A stretch of 64,000 nucleotides of DNA from Burkholderiales bacterium (GCA_046313915.1 JBKBXX010000003.1:2289-66288); one strand, 5' to 3'. Counted from the first letter of the stretch, positions 41,014 to 53,000 are shown. Translations and numbers: made by a program. Notes: generated by a model from the sequence alone, not told the origin.

Positions 41014-42246
41014 TTACTCGTAACGCAGCGCCTCGATCGGCAGCAGCCGCGATGCCTTGCGCGCCGGGTAGAAACCGAAAAACACGCCAATGGCGGCGGC
41101 GAAACCGGCCGCGAGCACGACCGCTTCGGCGCTCACCTGCACGCGCCATCCGGCAAAGTGGCCGATCGCGTAAGAGCCGCCCGCGCCCAGCACGATGCCG
41201 CACAGGCCGCCGATCAGCGCCAGCGTCACCGCCTCGACCAGGAACTGCGAAAGAATGTCGCGCCCGCGCGCGCCGACCGCCATCCTGAGGCCGATCTCGC
41301 GGGTGCGCTCGGTCACCGAGACCAGCATGATGTTCATGATGCCGATGCCGCCGACCAGCAGCGACACCGAAGCGACCGCCGCCAGCAGCAGCGTCATCAC
41401 GCGGCTCGACTCCTCGCGCGCCCCCAGCACCTCGGAGAGGTTGCGCAGCGTGAAATCGTCTTCCTGGCCGGGTTGCAGGCGGTGACGCTGGCGCAGCAGC
41501 TTCCTGATCTCGCTCTCGGCTTCGGCCATGTCGGCGCCCTCGCGGATCTTGATCGAGATCGATCCCACCGAGCGCTGCTTGGCGGCGGTGCCGCCCAGCA
41601 CGCGGTTGCGCGCGGTGGCGATCGGCATCAGCACGACGTCGTCCTGGTCCTGGCCCATCAGGCTCTGCCCCTTGCGCTCCAGCGTACCGATCACCTGCAT
41701 CGGCACCTTGCGCACCCGGACCACCTGGCCGACGGGATCGGCATCGCCGAACAGATTGCGCGCGACCGTCTCTCCCAGCAGCACCACCTTGCCCGAGCCG
41801 GTGACGTCGGACGGATCGAAACCCTTGCCCGAGGCGATCGTCCAGTTGCGCGCTTCGAAATACTCGGGAGTGACGCCGTAGAATACCGTCGACCAGTTGT
41901 TGTTCCCCGCCACCACCTGGCCCGTTCCGCGCAGTGCCGGCGCCGCCGCCTGGACGTCGGCCACCTCGCGCCGTATCGCGTAGGCGTCTTCCTCGGTGAG
42001 CGAGGAGCGCGACCCCGCGCCCATCCGCACCCCGCCCGAAGTGACGGAGCCCGGCAGCAGGATGATCAGATTCGAGCCGAGGCTCTTGATCTGTTCCTCG
42101 ACCTGCGCCTGCGCGCCGGCGCCCACCGCGATCATGGTGATCACCGCCGCCACGCCGATGATGATGCCGAGCATGGTAAGAATGCTGCGCAGCTTGTTCA
42201 CGCGCAGCGCGCGCAGCGCGATGCGGATGCTGGCGACCCAGGTCAC
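41014..42246 (-). CDS. MacB-type ABC transporter permease (FtsX family)
   Basis: [16 protein letters not shown]..., periplasmic domain, C-terminal FtsX TM bundle. Confidence 0.88.
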   Translation of the reverse strand: MTWVASIRIALRALRVNKLRSILTMLGIIIGVAAVITMIAVGAGAQAQVEEQIKSLGSNLIILLPGSVTSGGVRMGAGSRSSLTEEDAYAIRREVADVQAAAPALRGTGQVVAGNNNWSTVFYGVTPEYFEARNWTIASGKGFDPSDVTGSGKVVLLGETVARNLFGDADPVGQVVRVRKVPMQVIGTLERKGQSLMGQDQDDVVLMPIATARNRVLGGTAAKQRSVGSISIKIREGADMAEAESEIRKLLRQRHRLQPGQEDDFTLRNLSEVLGAREESSRVMTLLLAAVASVSLLVGGIGIMNIMLVSVTERTREIGLRMAVGARGRDILSQFLVEAVTLALIGGLCGIVLGAGGSYAIGHFAGWRVQVSAEAVVLAAGFAAAIGVFFGFYPARKASRLLPIEALRYE

Positions 42247-42980
42247 GCCGCCGCCTCGAGACCGCGCAGCAGCGCCAGCGCGTCGGCCGGCTGCGCGTTG
42301 CGCGCATCGTCGACCACGCGGCCGTCACGAAAGCTCACCACGCGCGAGGCGAATGCTGCGATGTCACGCTCGTGCGTCACCAGCACCACCGTCATTGCGC
42401 CGCGATTGAGCTGTTGCAGCAACCCCATCACTTCGAAACTGGTGCGCGAATCGAGTGCGCCGGTGGGCTCGTCGGCGAGGATCAGCACCGGATCGTTCAC
42501 CAGCGCGCGCGCGATCGCCACCCGCTGCTGCTGGCCGCCCGACAGCTGCGCCGGGTGATGGCCGGCGCGTTCGGCCAGGCCGACCTCGGCCAGCCGCGCG
42601 AGCGCCTTCGCGTGCCGCTCCTGCGCCGGAACCCGGCTGTAGAGCAGCGGCAGCTCGACGTTTTCCAGCGCGGAGGTGCGCGGCAGCAGATTGAAGTTCT
42701 GGAACACGAAACCGATCCTGCGGTTGCGGATCGCGGCGAGCGCGTCGCCGGAAAGCTCCGACACCTTGTCGCCCGCGAGCCAGTAATCGCCGCCGGTCGG
42801 CGAATCGAGGCAGCCCAGCAGATTCATGAAAGTCGACTTGCCCGATCCCGACGGCCCCATCACCGCCACAAACTCGCCGGCCGCGATTTCGATCGACACC
42901 TCGCGCAACGCCGTCACGGTGTAGCTCTCCATGCGATACACCTTGGTGAGGTTGCGGGTGACGATCAGGGGTTCGGTCAT
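42243..42980 (-). CDS. ABC transporter ATP-binding protein (MacB/LolD type)
   Basis: [35 protein letters not shown]. 4-nt overlap with the permease gene. Confidence 0.92.
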   Translation of the reverse strand: MTEPLIVTRNLTKVYRMESYTVTALREVSIEIAAGEFVAVMGPSGSGKSTFMNLLGCLDSPTGGDYWLAGDKVSELSGDALAAIRNRRIGFVFQNFNLLPRTSALENVELPLLYSRVPAQERHAKALARLAEVGLAERAGHHPAQLSGGQQQRVAIARALVNDPVLILADEPTGALDSRTSFEVMGLLQQLNRGAMTVVLVTHERDIAAFASRVVSFRDGRVVDDARNAQPADALALLRGLEAAA

Positions 42981-43043
42981 GGGCGAGGGGCAAAGGCGAC
43001 AGCAAACATTTTACTCATTACTCATCACCGGTTCTGGCGCCAG

Positions 43044-43133
43044 CGATCGGGGGCAAGCCCCCTCCCACGAGAAAAGAAAAGCATGTGCCGGTGGGAGCCG
43101 GCTTGCCGGCGATCGGGGCAAGCTCCTTCCCAC
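43044..43133. repeat. REP cluster (A inverted; B forward fused to A inverted)
   Basis: cgatcgggggcaagccccctcccac ... gtgggagccggcttgccggcgatcggggcaagctccttcccac. Flanked by ACTCATT/CCATCAC heptamers. Confidence 0.85.
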
Positions 43134-43175
43134 AAAACTTCCCCGCCGCCCATTAACCATCACCCATCGCCATCC

Positions 43176-44717
43176 TTAAAATCCGAAGCGCGGTCCGCTC
43201 GCAGGCTGGGCGCGCCCCTTGCCGGCCTCCGCGGTGCCGACGATCACTTCCATGCCTTCGGTCAGCTCGCCCGCCAGCACTTCGCCGTGGGTGCCGTCGG
43301 TGAGTCCCACGCGCACGGTGAGCGGCTGGGGCTTGCCGTCTCGGCCGAGGATCCAGACGCGGCCGCCGCTCGCGCCGCCCGCCGCGCGCGCCGCCGTCAT
43401 CTCCTCGTAACGCTTGCGCTGCTCGGGATTGAGGATTTCCGCGATCCGTGCGCGCGATTCGGCGCGCAGGCGCTCGGCCTGTTGCCGTCGCTCGTTCTGG
43501 TCCTCGGTATTGATCGCCCTGATCCTGTCGCGAGTCTCGTTGAATATGGCTTCGAGCTTCGCCTGCTGGGCGGCGTCGAGGCCGAGTTCCTTCACCAGCC
43601 TGTCGCGCGCCTGCGCCCCCTGCTGCCCGCCGCCCTTGGCGGACGGCGCCTCCGCAGCCGGCAGGCGCGCATCCGCCACGCCGGCAGGCCGGAAACGCAA
43701 GGCGGCGTTGGGAACCTTCAGCACGCCCTGACGCGTGTCGACCACGATACGCACGTTCGCCGTCATCCCCGGCAGCAGAATGAGATCGGGGTTGGGCGCC
43801 GAAACCACGGCGATATAGGTGACGACGTTCTGCACCACCTGCGGCGCCTTGCGCACCTGCACCACCTTGCCGGAAAACGTGCGTCCGGGAAAGGAATCGA
43901 CAGTGAACGTGGCTTCCTGGCCGACGCGCACGCGCCCGACCTCGGCTTCGTCGATCGAAGTGTCCACCTGCATGTCGGTGAGATTGCGCGCGATCAGGAA
44001 TAGCGTCGGCGCCTGCAGGCTCGCGGCCACCGTCTGGCCGGCGTCGACGCTGCGCGAAATCACGACACCGTCGACCGGCGCCTTGATCGCCGTGTGTTCG
44101 AGATCGACCTTCGCTGCGGCGAGCTGCGCTTCGCGCTGCCTCACCACCGCCTGGGAGTTGCGCACCTGCGCTTCGCCCACGCCCAGCTGCGCCTCGGCCG
44201 TTTTCAGCTGTTCCCGTGCGATCTCGAACGCCGCCTGGGATTTGTCGCGGACCGCCGCCGACACGAAATTCTTTTCGAACAGCGCCTGGTTGCGCTGGAA
44301 ATCGCGCTGCGCATCGAGCACGCTCACCCTCGCGCGCGAGACCTCGGCGCGCAGCGCCGCGACATTGGCGAGCTGGGTCAGCACCGCGGCGCGAGTCGCT
44401 TCGAGATCGGCGAGCGCCTGGTTCACGCGCAGCTGGAAAGGCTCGGGGTCGATGCGCGCGATGAGCTGCCCTTTGCTGACCTGCGAATTGTAGTCGACGT
44501 AGATTTCCTTGACCTGACCCGACACCTGGGAGCCCACCTGCACCGACACCACCGGGTTGAGCGTGCCGGTGGCCGACACCGCCGCGACGATGTTGCCGCG
44601 CTCGATTTTCGCCAGACGATAGGCCGGCGCCGGCTTCGCGCCCCACAGCAGGTAGGCGGCAGCGGCAGCGGCTGCAAGCAGCAAACCGCCGATGAGATGG
44701 AAATGGCGTCGGGTCAT
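43176..44717 (-). CDS. efflux periplasmic adaptor (MacA/HlyD family)
   Basis: N-terminal TM, coiled-coil hairpin, beta-barrel domain; long Gly/Arg-rich C-terminal extension. Confidence 0.85.
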   Translation of the reverse strand: MTRRHFHLIGGLLLAAAAAAAYLLWGAKPAPAYRLAKIERGNIVAAVSATGTLNPVVSVQVGSQVSGQVKEIYVDYNSQVSKGQLIARIDPEPFQLRVNQALADLEATRAAVLTQLANVAALRAEVSRARVSVLDAQRDFQRNQALFEKNFVSAAVRDKSQAAFEIAREQLKTAEAQLGVGEAQVRNSQAVVRQREAQLAAAKVDLEHTAIKAPVDGVVISRSVDAGQTVAASLQAPTLFLIARNLTDMQVDTSIDEAEVGRVRVGQEATFTVDSFPGRTFSGKVVQVRKAPQVVQNVVTYIAVVSAPNPDLILLPGMTANVRIVVDTRQGVLKVPNAALRFRPAGVADARLPAAEAPSAKGGGQQGAQARDRLVKELGLDAAQQAKLEAIFNETRDRIRAINTEDQNERRQQAERLRAESRARIAEILNPEQRKRYEEMTAARAAGGASGGRVWILGRDGKPQPLTVRVGLTDGTHGEVLAGELTEGMEVIVGTAEAGKGRAQPASGPRFGF

Positions 44718-44727
44718 GGGGCGGGGA

Positions 44728-44750
44728 AATGCTCGCACAAAGCGAGCATT
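44728..44750. promoter_or_regulatory. perfect 9-5-9 palindrome just upstream of the macA-like start
   Basis: aatgctcgc-acaaa-gcgagcatt. Confidence 0.4.
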
Positions 44751-44823
44751 CTACAGGGCGCTTCGTCAAGCGTGCAGATGGGGATTGTAACCAGGTGTTA
44801 CCGGCGATCTGCTGTGATTCATC

Positions 44824-44877
44824 ATCGGGGGCAAGCCCCCTCCCACAGGTGATGAGTAAATCATTGAACTCATCACC
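44824..44877. repeat. REP type A (inverted) followed by a 10-bp inverted repeat
   Basis: atcgggggcaagccccctcccac then ggtgatgagt-aaatcattga-actcatcacc. Confidence 0.8.
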
Positions 44878-44918
44878 ACCGGGTCGCGCCTGGGGAGCCA
44901 AGCGCGCCCGGCTTTCCC

Positions 44919-46968
<2,050 letters not shown>

Positions 46969-47121
46969 CCCTAACGTGTCATGCCAACGCTAATCGAATT
47001 GTGGGATAATTGCAAGCAGCGCGGCGCGCGGGCGGGTGCTGCGGCAACCGCGGCTTGTGCGGTGGCCGGCGAGGGACCGCGCGGCCGGTGTTTTTCAACC
47101 CGAACCTTGGATTCCGACCCC

Positions 47122-47787
47122 ATGACTCCGCAACTGGATCTCGAGCGTGCCCGCTTCAACATGGTCGAACAGCAGATCAGGCCGTGGGAAGTGCTCGACC
47201 CGCAGGTGCTCGACCTGCTGTTTCGCGTTCACCGCGAAGATTACGTGCCCGAACCCTACCGCGCGCTGGCTTTCGCCGACATGGAAATCCCGCTCGGCCA
47301 CGGCGAAACCATGCTGGCGCCCAAAATCGAGGCGCGCATGCTGCAGGAACTCACCGTGACCGGCAGCGACCGCATCCTCGAAGTCGGCACCGGCAGCGGT
47401 TACATGACCGCGCTGCTCGCCAGCCTCGGCAGCCACGTCTACAGCGTCGACATCATCCCCGAATTCACGCGCGCGGCGGCGCTCAAGCTCGCCGCGCACG
47501 GCATCGGCAACGTCACGCTCGAAACCGGCGACGCCGCGCGCGGCTGGGACAAGCACGCGCCCTACGACGTCATCGTGCTGACCGGTTCGGTGCCGGTATT
47601 GCCGGAAGCTTTCCAGAAAAGCCTCACGCCGGGCGGGCGGCTGCTCGCGGTGGTGGGGGAGCCGCCGGTGATGGAAGCGCGGCTGATCGTCCGCGTCTCG
47701 GGCGACGCCTATACCTCGACCGGGCTGTTCGAGACCTGCATCAAGCCGCTCCGGAACGCGCCGCAGCCGCCACGGTTTGTGTTTTAG
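47122..47787 (+). CDS. protein-L-isoaspartate O-methyltransferase family protein
   Basis: RILEVGTGSGYMTALLA SAM motif. Confidence 0.85.
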   Translation: MTPQLDLERARFNMVEQQIRPWEVLDPQVLDLLFRVHREDYVPEPYRALAFADMEIPLGHGETMLAPKIEARMLQELTVTGSDRILEVGTGSGYMTALLASLGSHVYSVDIIPEFTRAAALKLAAHGIGNVTLETGDAARGWDKHAPYDVIVLTGSVPVLPEAFQKSLTPGGRLLAVVGEPPVMEARLIVRVSGDAYTSTGLFETCIKPLRNAPQPPRFVF

Positions 47788-47853
47788 CAATCGAGAGTGA
47801 CTGCGATCCGGCGTTTTCCTGCAATTTGCCCACCACCCGATCACTCGAAGACC

Positions 47854-49191
47854 ATGCGCCTCCCCGTCTCCGCGTCCTTCGTGCTCGCGCTCGTCACCGG
47901 GCTCGCGGCAAATACGCAAGCCGCTGATTTAATTGATATTTTTAAAGACGCCCGAAGCTCGGACGCGGTCTATGCGTCGGCGCGGGCGGCGTGGACGGCG
48001 AGCCGGGAGAAGCTGCCGCAAGGCGAAGCGGGACTGCTGCCGCAGCTCACGGCCTCGGCGTTCACGCAATACAACGACCGCGAGATCCGCTTCCGCAGCC
48101 CGGGCGTGCCGCCGGCGCTCGGCCAGTTCAATTCCAACGCGGTGACGCTGTCGCTGAACCAGCCGCTTTACCGGCCCCAGAACCGCACGGTGCTCGAGCA
48201 GGCGAAAACGCAGCTCGTGCTGGCCGACGCCCAGCTCGCGCTCGCGGGCCAGGACCTGATGCTGCGCGTGGCGCAGGCGTACTTCGACGTGCTGCAGGCG
48301 CAGGACAACGTCGCGTTCGCCGGCGCGCAGAAAGCGGCGATCGCCGAGCAGCTCGCGCAGGCCAAGCGCAACTTCGAAGTCGGCACAGCGACCATCACCG
48401 ACCAGCACGACGCCCAGGCGCGCTACGACCTCACGGTGGCGCAGGAAATCGCGGCGCAGAACGACCTCGAAATCAGGAAACGGGCGCTCGAACAGCTCAT
48501 CGGCAAGCCGGCGCCGCCGCTGGCGCGGCTGGGAAACCAGTACGTGCTGTCGCAGCCCGCGCCCAACGACATGGGGCAATGGGTGAACGACGCGCAGCAG
48601 TCCAACCTGCAGGTGCAGGCGGGGCAGGCGGGGCTCACGCTGGCGGGCCAGGAAGTCAGGCGCAACCGCGACGGGCACCGGCCGACGCTCGACGCGGTGG
48701 CCTCCTACAGCGAAAGCAGCAGCGGCTCGGGGCTGCAGGGCGGCGCGGGCAACGACATCACCACCAAGGTGATCGGCCTGCAGCTCGCCTGGCCGCTCTA
48801 CCAGGGCGGGCTCGTCGACTCGCGGATCCGGGAAGCGCTCGCCAACGAGGAGAAAGCGCGCCAAGATCTGGAAAATGCGCGCCGCAGCGCGGCGCTCGCC
48901 ACGCGGCAGGCGTTTCTCGGCGTGGTCAACGGCGTGGCCCAAGTCAAGGCGCTGCAGGCGGCGCTCACCTCGAGCCAGAGCAGCCTCGATTCGACACAGC
49001 TCGGGCGGGAAGTCGGCGTGCGCACCCAGGTCGACGTCCTCAACGCCCAGCAGCAACTGTTTTCGACGCGGCGCGATCTCGCGCAGGCGACCTACGCCTA
49101 CGTGCTGTCGCTGCTCAAACTCAAGGCCGCCGTCGGGCGGCTCGGCGAAGACGACCTCGCCCAGGTCAACGCGTGGCTGGAACGACAATGA
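47854..49191 (+). CDS. tolC: TolC-family outer membrane channel
   Basis: Signal peptide, duplicated OEP repeats, LSLNQPLY. Confidence 0.88.
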   Translation: MRLPVSASFVLALVTGLAANTQAADLIDIFKDARSSDAVYASARAAWTASREKLPQGEAGLLPQLTASAFTQYNDREIRFRSPGVPPALGQFNSNAVTLSLNQPLYRPQNRTVLEQAKTQLVLADAQLALAGQDLMLRVAQAYFDVLQAQDNVAFAGAQKAAIAEQLAQAKRNFEVGTATITDQHDAQARYDLTVAQEIAAQNDLEIRKRALEQLIGKPAPPLARLGNQYVLSQPAPNDMGQWVNDAQQSNLQVQAGQAGLTLAGQEVRRNRDGHRPTLDAVASYSESSSGSGLQGGAGNDITTKVIGLQLAWPLYQGGLVDSRIREALANEEKARQDLENARRSAALATRQAFLGVVNGVAQVKALQAALTSSQSSLDSTQLGREVGVRTQVDVLNAQQQLFSTRRDLAQATYAYVLSLLKLKAAVGRLGEDDLAQVNAWLERQ

Positions 49192-49194
49192 CTT

Positions 49195-49268
49195 GGTGAT
49201 GGGTAATGGGTAATGGGTAATGGGTAATGGGTAATGGGTAATGGGTAATGGGTAATGGGTAATGGGTA
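49195..49268. repeat. heptamer microsatellite (GGGTAAT) x9 perfect, plus degenerate end units
   Basis: Begins 4 nt after the tolC stop. Nine identical units span 49201-49263. Confidence 0.95.
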
Positions 49269-49270
49269 GG

Positions 49271-49411
49271 AAAGGGGCTTGCCCCTGATGATCGCCAGCA
49301 ATCTGACTCCCGCCAGAACCACTGGTGGGTGATGAGTGATGGAGTGGAAAAGGGAAAAGGGGAAAAGGGGTCTGACCCCTTTATGCTGTGGGAGGGGGCT
49401 TGCCCCCGATC
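49271..49411. repeat. mosaic of degenerate REP, heptamers, GGGGTCTGACCCC palindrome and REP type A
   Basis: aaaggggcttgcccctgatgatcgcc ... aaaggggtctgacccctttat ... gtgggagggggcttgcccccgatc. The last element supplies the waaA stop codon. Confidence 0.85.
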
Positions 49412-50660
49412 AGTCACCCAGCAACTCCAGAGTGCGCTGCGTGGCGCCGCGGTGCGCCTGGCTGAAGGCGAGCGCGGCGCGCGCCATGCGCGCGGCGGCG
49501 GCGCGATCGCGCAGCAGACGCTGCGCTTCGCGCGCGAGGCCCGCCGCGTCCTCCACCTGGACGGCGGCGCCTGCCGCCACGGCGAGTTCGACCGCTTCCG
49601 CAAAATTGTACGTGTGGGGGCCGACCAGCACCGGTTTGCCGGCCGCGCACGCCTCGATCAGATTCTGGCCGCCGAAAGGCAGCAGGCTGCCGCCGATGAC
49701 GGCGACATCGCACGCGGTGTAATACGCGAACATCTCGCCCATGCTGTCGCCCAGCACCACCTGGGTCTCGGGAATGATCGCCGCGTTGCCGCTGCGCCGC
49801 TGAAAGCGGATGCGGCGGCGCGTGAGCAGGGCCGCGACTTCGTCGAAACGCTGGGGATGGCGCGGCACGATCACCAGCAGCAGCGCAGGCACGGCGATCT
49901 CGCCGAGCACGCCGAGCAGCATTTCCTCTTCGCCGTCGCGGGTGCTGGCGGCAAGCAGGACGGGACGGTCTTCGCCGTAATTTTTGCGCCACAGCCGGCC
50001 CAGCGCCTGCTGCGCGGCGGGCACTTCGATGTCGAACTTGAGATTGCCGGTGACGATGACGCGGGGCGCGCCGAGCCCGGCAAGACGTTCGGCGTCGGCG
50101 GCGGTCTGGGCCGCGATCGCGGTCAACTCGCCGAGGCTCGCGCGCGCCAGCGCGGCAAAGCGGCGGTAGCCGAGCAAGGATTTTTGCGACAGCCGGGCGT
50201 TGACCAGATAAAGCGGAATCCGCCGCTCGCTGCAACCGTGGATCAGGTTGGGCCAGATCTCGGTTTCCATCAGCAGCCCGAGGCGGGGCCGGAAATGGTC
50301 GAGAAAACGCGCCACCGCGCCCGGATAATCGTACGGCAGATAGCACTGCAGCACGCCGTCGCCGTAGAGCTTTTCGCCGGTTTCGCTCCCCGTCGGCGTC
50401 ATGTGGGTGAGCAGGATGCGGTGATCGGGATGGCGTTGCCGCAAGGCCTCGATCAGGGGCGCGGCCGCGCGCGTCTCGCCCACCGAAACCGCGTGCACCC
50501 AGATCAGCGGATGCGTCGGCTGCTGCCGGTAGTAGCCGAAACGCTCGGCGAGATCCTCGAGATACGCAGGCTGCTTGCGCGAGCGCCACCACAGATGCCA
50601 CAGCACCCCCGGCAGCATCAGGTAGAGCAGCAGCGTATAAACGAAACGCATCGTGATCAT
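49410..50660 (-). CDS. waaA: 3-deoxy-D-manno-octulosonic acid transferase
   Basis: LLLYLMLPGVLWHLWWRSRKQPAYLEDLAERFGYY...WVHAVSVGE. Alternative start at 50651. Confidence 0.9.
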   Translation of the reverse strand: MITMRFVYTLLLYLMLPGVLWHLWWRSRKQPAYLEDLAERFGYYRQQPTHPLIWVHAVSVGETRAAAPLIEALRQRHPDHRILLTHMTPTGSETGEKLYGDGVLQCYLPYDYPGAVARFLDHFRPRLGLLMETEIWPNLIHGCSERRIPLYLVNARLSQKSLLGYRRFAALARASLGELTAIAAQTAADAERLAGLGAPRVIVTGNLKFDIEVPAAQQALGRLWRKNYGEDRPVLLAASTRDGEEEMLLGVLGEIAVPALLLVIVPRHPQRFDEVAALLTRRRIRFQRRSGNAAIIPETQVVLGDSMGEMFAYYTACDVAVIGGSLLPFGGQNLIEACAAGKPVLVGPHTYNFAEAVELAVAAGAAVQVEDAAGLAREAQRLLRDRAAAARMARAALAFSQAHRGATQRTLELLGD

Positions 50661-50677
50661 GTCACCCACCTTTACGG

Positions 50678-50777
50678 CGATCGGGGGCAAGCCCCCTCCC
50701 ACCCTCATCACTCATCACACCGGTTCTGGTGGGAGCCGGCTTGCCGACGATCGGGGGCGAGCCCTCTCTCCTCCCAC
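50678..50777. repeat. REP cluster (A inverted; heptamers; B forward plus degenerate A inverted)
   Basis: cgatcgggggcaagccccctcccac cctcatcactcatcacaccggttctg gtgggagccggcttgccgacgatcgggggcgagccctctctcctcccac. Confidence 0.85.
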
Positions 50778-51727
50778 GCAAGCCGCTCCACCGCGGCGAT
50801 CACCGCCGCCGCCTGCGGCGGCCGCCCGCGCCCGCCGACGTTGACCGCACGCGGGCAGCCGTAGATGCCGGTGGCAGCGGGGTCGGTCGCGCAGTAGACG
50901 CCCACCGTCGGCGTGCCCAGCGCCGCGGCGAGGTGGACGAGCCCGGTATCGACGCCGATCACGGCGCGCGCGCCCGCGAGCAGCGCCGCGGCCTCGTCGA
51001 GCGCGAGCGCCGGCGGCACGACGGCGCCGGGGATCTGCGCCGCCAGCCGGATGCTGCGCGCGCGCTCGGTCGCGTCGCCCCACGGCAGCACGCTCACCGC
51101 GCCGCGCGCGCTGAAATGGCGACCGGTTTCCACCCACTCCGCCTCCGGCCACAGCTTGCGCGCGGCGCTGGTCGCGTGCAGCAGCGCCACGCAAGGCGGC
51201 GCCGGCGGCAGCCACTCCCAGGCGCGGGGCGCGACGCGCAGACCGTAGTCGACCGTCGCCGGCGGCGCGTAGCCCAGCGCCTGCGCCGCCAGGCTGCGGT
51301 TTCTTTCCACGGCGTGCAGCGTCCACGGCACGCTGAAAGTGCGGTCGTAGAACAGCGCCAGCGGCTCGCGCGAACTGGCCCAGTCGAGCCCGTAGCGCGG
51401 GCCGCGGCTCATGCGCGCAATCAGCGCGCTTTTCAGCAGCCCCTGGGTGTCGATCACGGCGTCGTAGCGCCGTTCGCGCAGGCGGCGCCACAGGGCGCCG
51501 ATCTCGGCGCGCACTGCGCTGCGCCACGGCGCCTTGCGCCAGCGGCGTATCGCCACCGGTATGACCGTTTCCACCGCGCGATGCAGGCGCGGGATCGCGG
51601 CGTAAGGCGCCTCGGCGACCCACTCGATTGCGGCGTCGGGCAAAAAGGCGCGGATGTCGCTCGCCACGGGCAGGTTGTGGACCAGGTCGCCGAGCGACGA
51701 GGTTTTTATCAGCAGGATTCTTTTCAC
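50708..51727 (-). CDS. waaC: lipopolysaccharide heptosyltransferase I
   Basis: MKRILLIKTSSLGDLVHNLP...VDTGLVHLAAALG. The last ~20 codons are encoded by the REP cluster. Confidence 0.85.
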   Translation of the reverse strand: MKRILLIKTSSLGDLVHNLPVASDIRAFLPDAAIEWVAEAPYAAIPRLHRAVETVIPVAIRRWRKAPWRSAVRAEIGALWRRLRERRYDAVIDTQGLLKSALIARMSRGPRYGLDWASSREPLALFYDRTFSVPWTLHAVERNRSLAAQALGYAPPATVDYGLRVAPRAWEWLPPAPPCVALLHATSAARKLWPEAEWVETGRHFSARGAVSVLPWGDATERARSIRLAAQIPGAVVPPALALDEAAALLAGARAVIGVDTGLVHLAAALGTPTVGVYCATDPAATGIYGCPRAVNVGGRGRPPQAAAVIAAVERLAWEERGLAPDRRQAGSHQNRCDE

Positions 51728-51924
51728 TTTTCAGGCTCGGGCCGGCGCGCGCGGCCTACCCGCGAAGCGCGCTTGCGCATAGAATATGCCATTTTCCCGC
51801 CGGAACCGAAGAAATTGAGCAAGTTCGCTGCCGCCACCCATCCCCACCCTCGCCCTCCCCTTGAAGGGAAAGGACGCAGGCCGCGCGCCCTTTCCCCGCG
51901 GGGAAAATGCCGCGGGAGCCCGCG

Positions 51925-52980
51925 ATGATCCTCGTCACCGGCGGCGCGGGTTTCATCGGCGCCAACTTCATTCTCGACTGGATCGCGGCCGAAGCCTCGC
52001 CGGTGGTGAATCTCGACAAGCTGAGCTACGCCGGCAACCTGCGCAACCTCGCCAGCCTGAAGGACGACGCGCGGCACGTTTTCGTCAAGGGCGACATCGG
52101 CGAGCGCGCGCTGCTCGCGCGGCTGTTCGCGCAATACCGGCCCGAGGCCGTGGTGCATTTCGCCGCCGAAAGCCACGTCGACCGCTCGATCGACGGCCCC
52201 GCCGAATTCGTCCAGACCAACATCGTGGGAAGCTTCAGCCTGCTCGAGGAGGCGCGCGCCTACTGGTCGGGGCTTGCCGGGCCGGAGAAAAGCCGCTTCC
52301 GTTTTCTGCACGTGTCGACCGACGAAGTCTACGGCTCGCTGGGGCCCGACGATCCGCCTTTCAGCGAAACCACCGCCTACGCGCCCAACAGCCCCTACGC
52401 CGCTTCCAAGGCGGCGGCCGATCACCTGGTGCGCGCCTATCATCATACCTACGGCCTGCCGACGCTCACGACCAACTGCTCGAACAACTACGGTCCGCTG
52501 CAGTTCCCGGAAAAGCTGATCCCGCTGATGATCCTCAACGCCTGCCACGGCAAGCCGCTGCCGGTCTACGGCGACGGCCGCAACGTGCGCGACTGGCTCT
52601 ACGTCGGCGACCATTGCGCGGCGCTGCGGCTCGTGCTGCGCCACGGCCGCCCCGGAGAAACCTACAACATTGGCGGCAACGCCGAAAAAACCAACCTCGA
52701 AGTGGTGACCGCGATCTGCGCGCTCCTCGACGAATTGCGGCCGCACGCCGCGCCCCACGCGCGGCTCATCTCCTTCGTCAAGGACCGCCCCGGCCACGAC
52801 CGTCGCTACGCGATCGACGCCACCAAGATCCGGCGCGAGCTGGGCTGGACACCGCGCGAGCAATTCGCCACCGGGCTCAGAAAGACGGTCGAATGGTACC
52901 TCGGCCACGGCGAGTGGGTCGCGGCCGTGCAAAGCGGCGAGTATCGGAAGTGGATCGATGTCAATTACGTGAAACGGTAA
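51925..52980 (+). CDS. rfbB: dTDP-glucose 4,6-dehydratase
   Basis: [15 protein letters not shown]...YAASKAA... Confidence 0.95.
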   Translation: MILVTGGAGFIGANFILDWIAAEASPVVNLDKLSYAGNLRNLASLKDDARHVFVKGDIGERALLARLFAQYRPEAVVHFAAESHVDRSIDGPAEFVQTNIVGSFSLLEEARAYWSGLAGPEKSRFRFLHVSTDEVYGSLGPDDPPFSETTAYAPNSPYAASKAAADHLVRAYHHTYGLPTLTTNCSNNYGPLQFPEKLIPLMILNACHGKPLPVYGDGRNVRDWLYVGDHCAALRLVLRHGRPGETYNIGGNAEKTNLEVVTAICALLDELRPHAAPHARLISFVKDRPGHDRRYAIDATKIRRELGWTPREQFATGLRKTVEWYLGHGEWVAAVQSGEYRKWIDVNYVKR

Positions 52981-53000
52981 ATGGGAAATAGGAAATGGGG
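52971..53000. repeat. heptamer array (left arm of the inverted pair around the four-helix-bundle gene)
   Basis: gaaacggtaaatgggaaataggaaatgggg. Overlaps the rfbB stop and the next gene's ATG. Confidence 0.85.

Noticed and set aside
49195-49268. Possible CRISPR array
   Set aside because: The 7-nt units have no spacers, there are no cas genes, and the unit is far below CRISPR repeat length.
49098-49322. 74-aa ORF with YPLPITH x4
   Set aside because: It is simply the translation of the (GGGTAAT)9 array complement, not a protein repeat.
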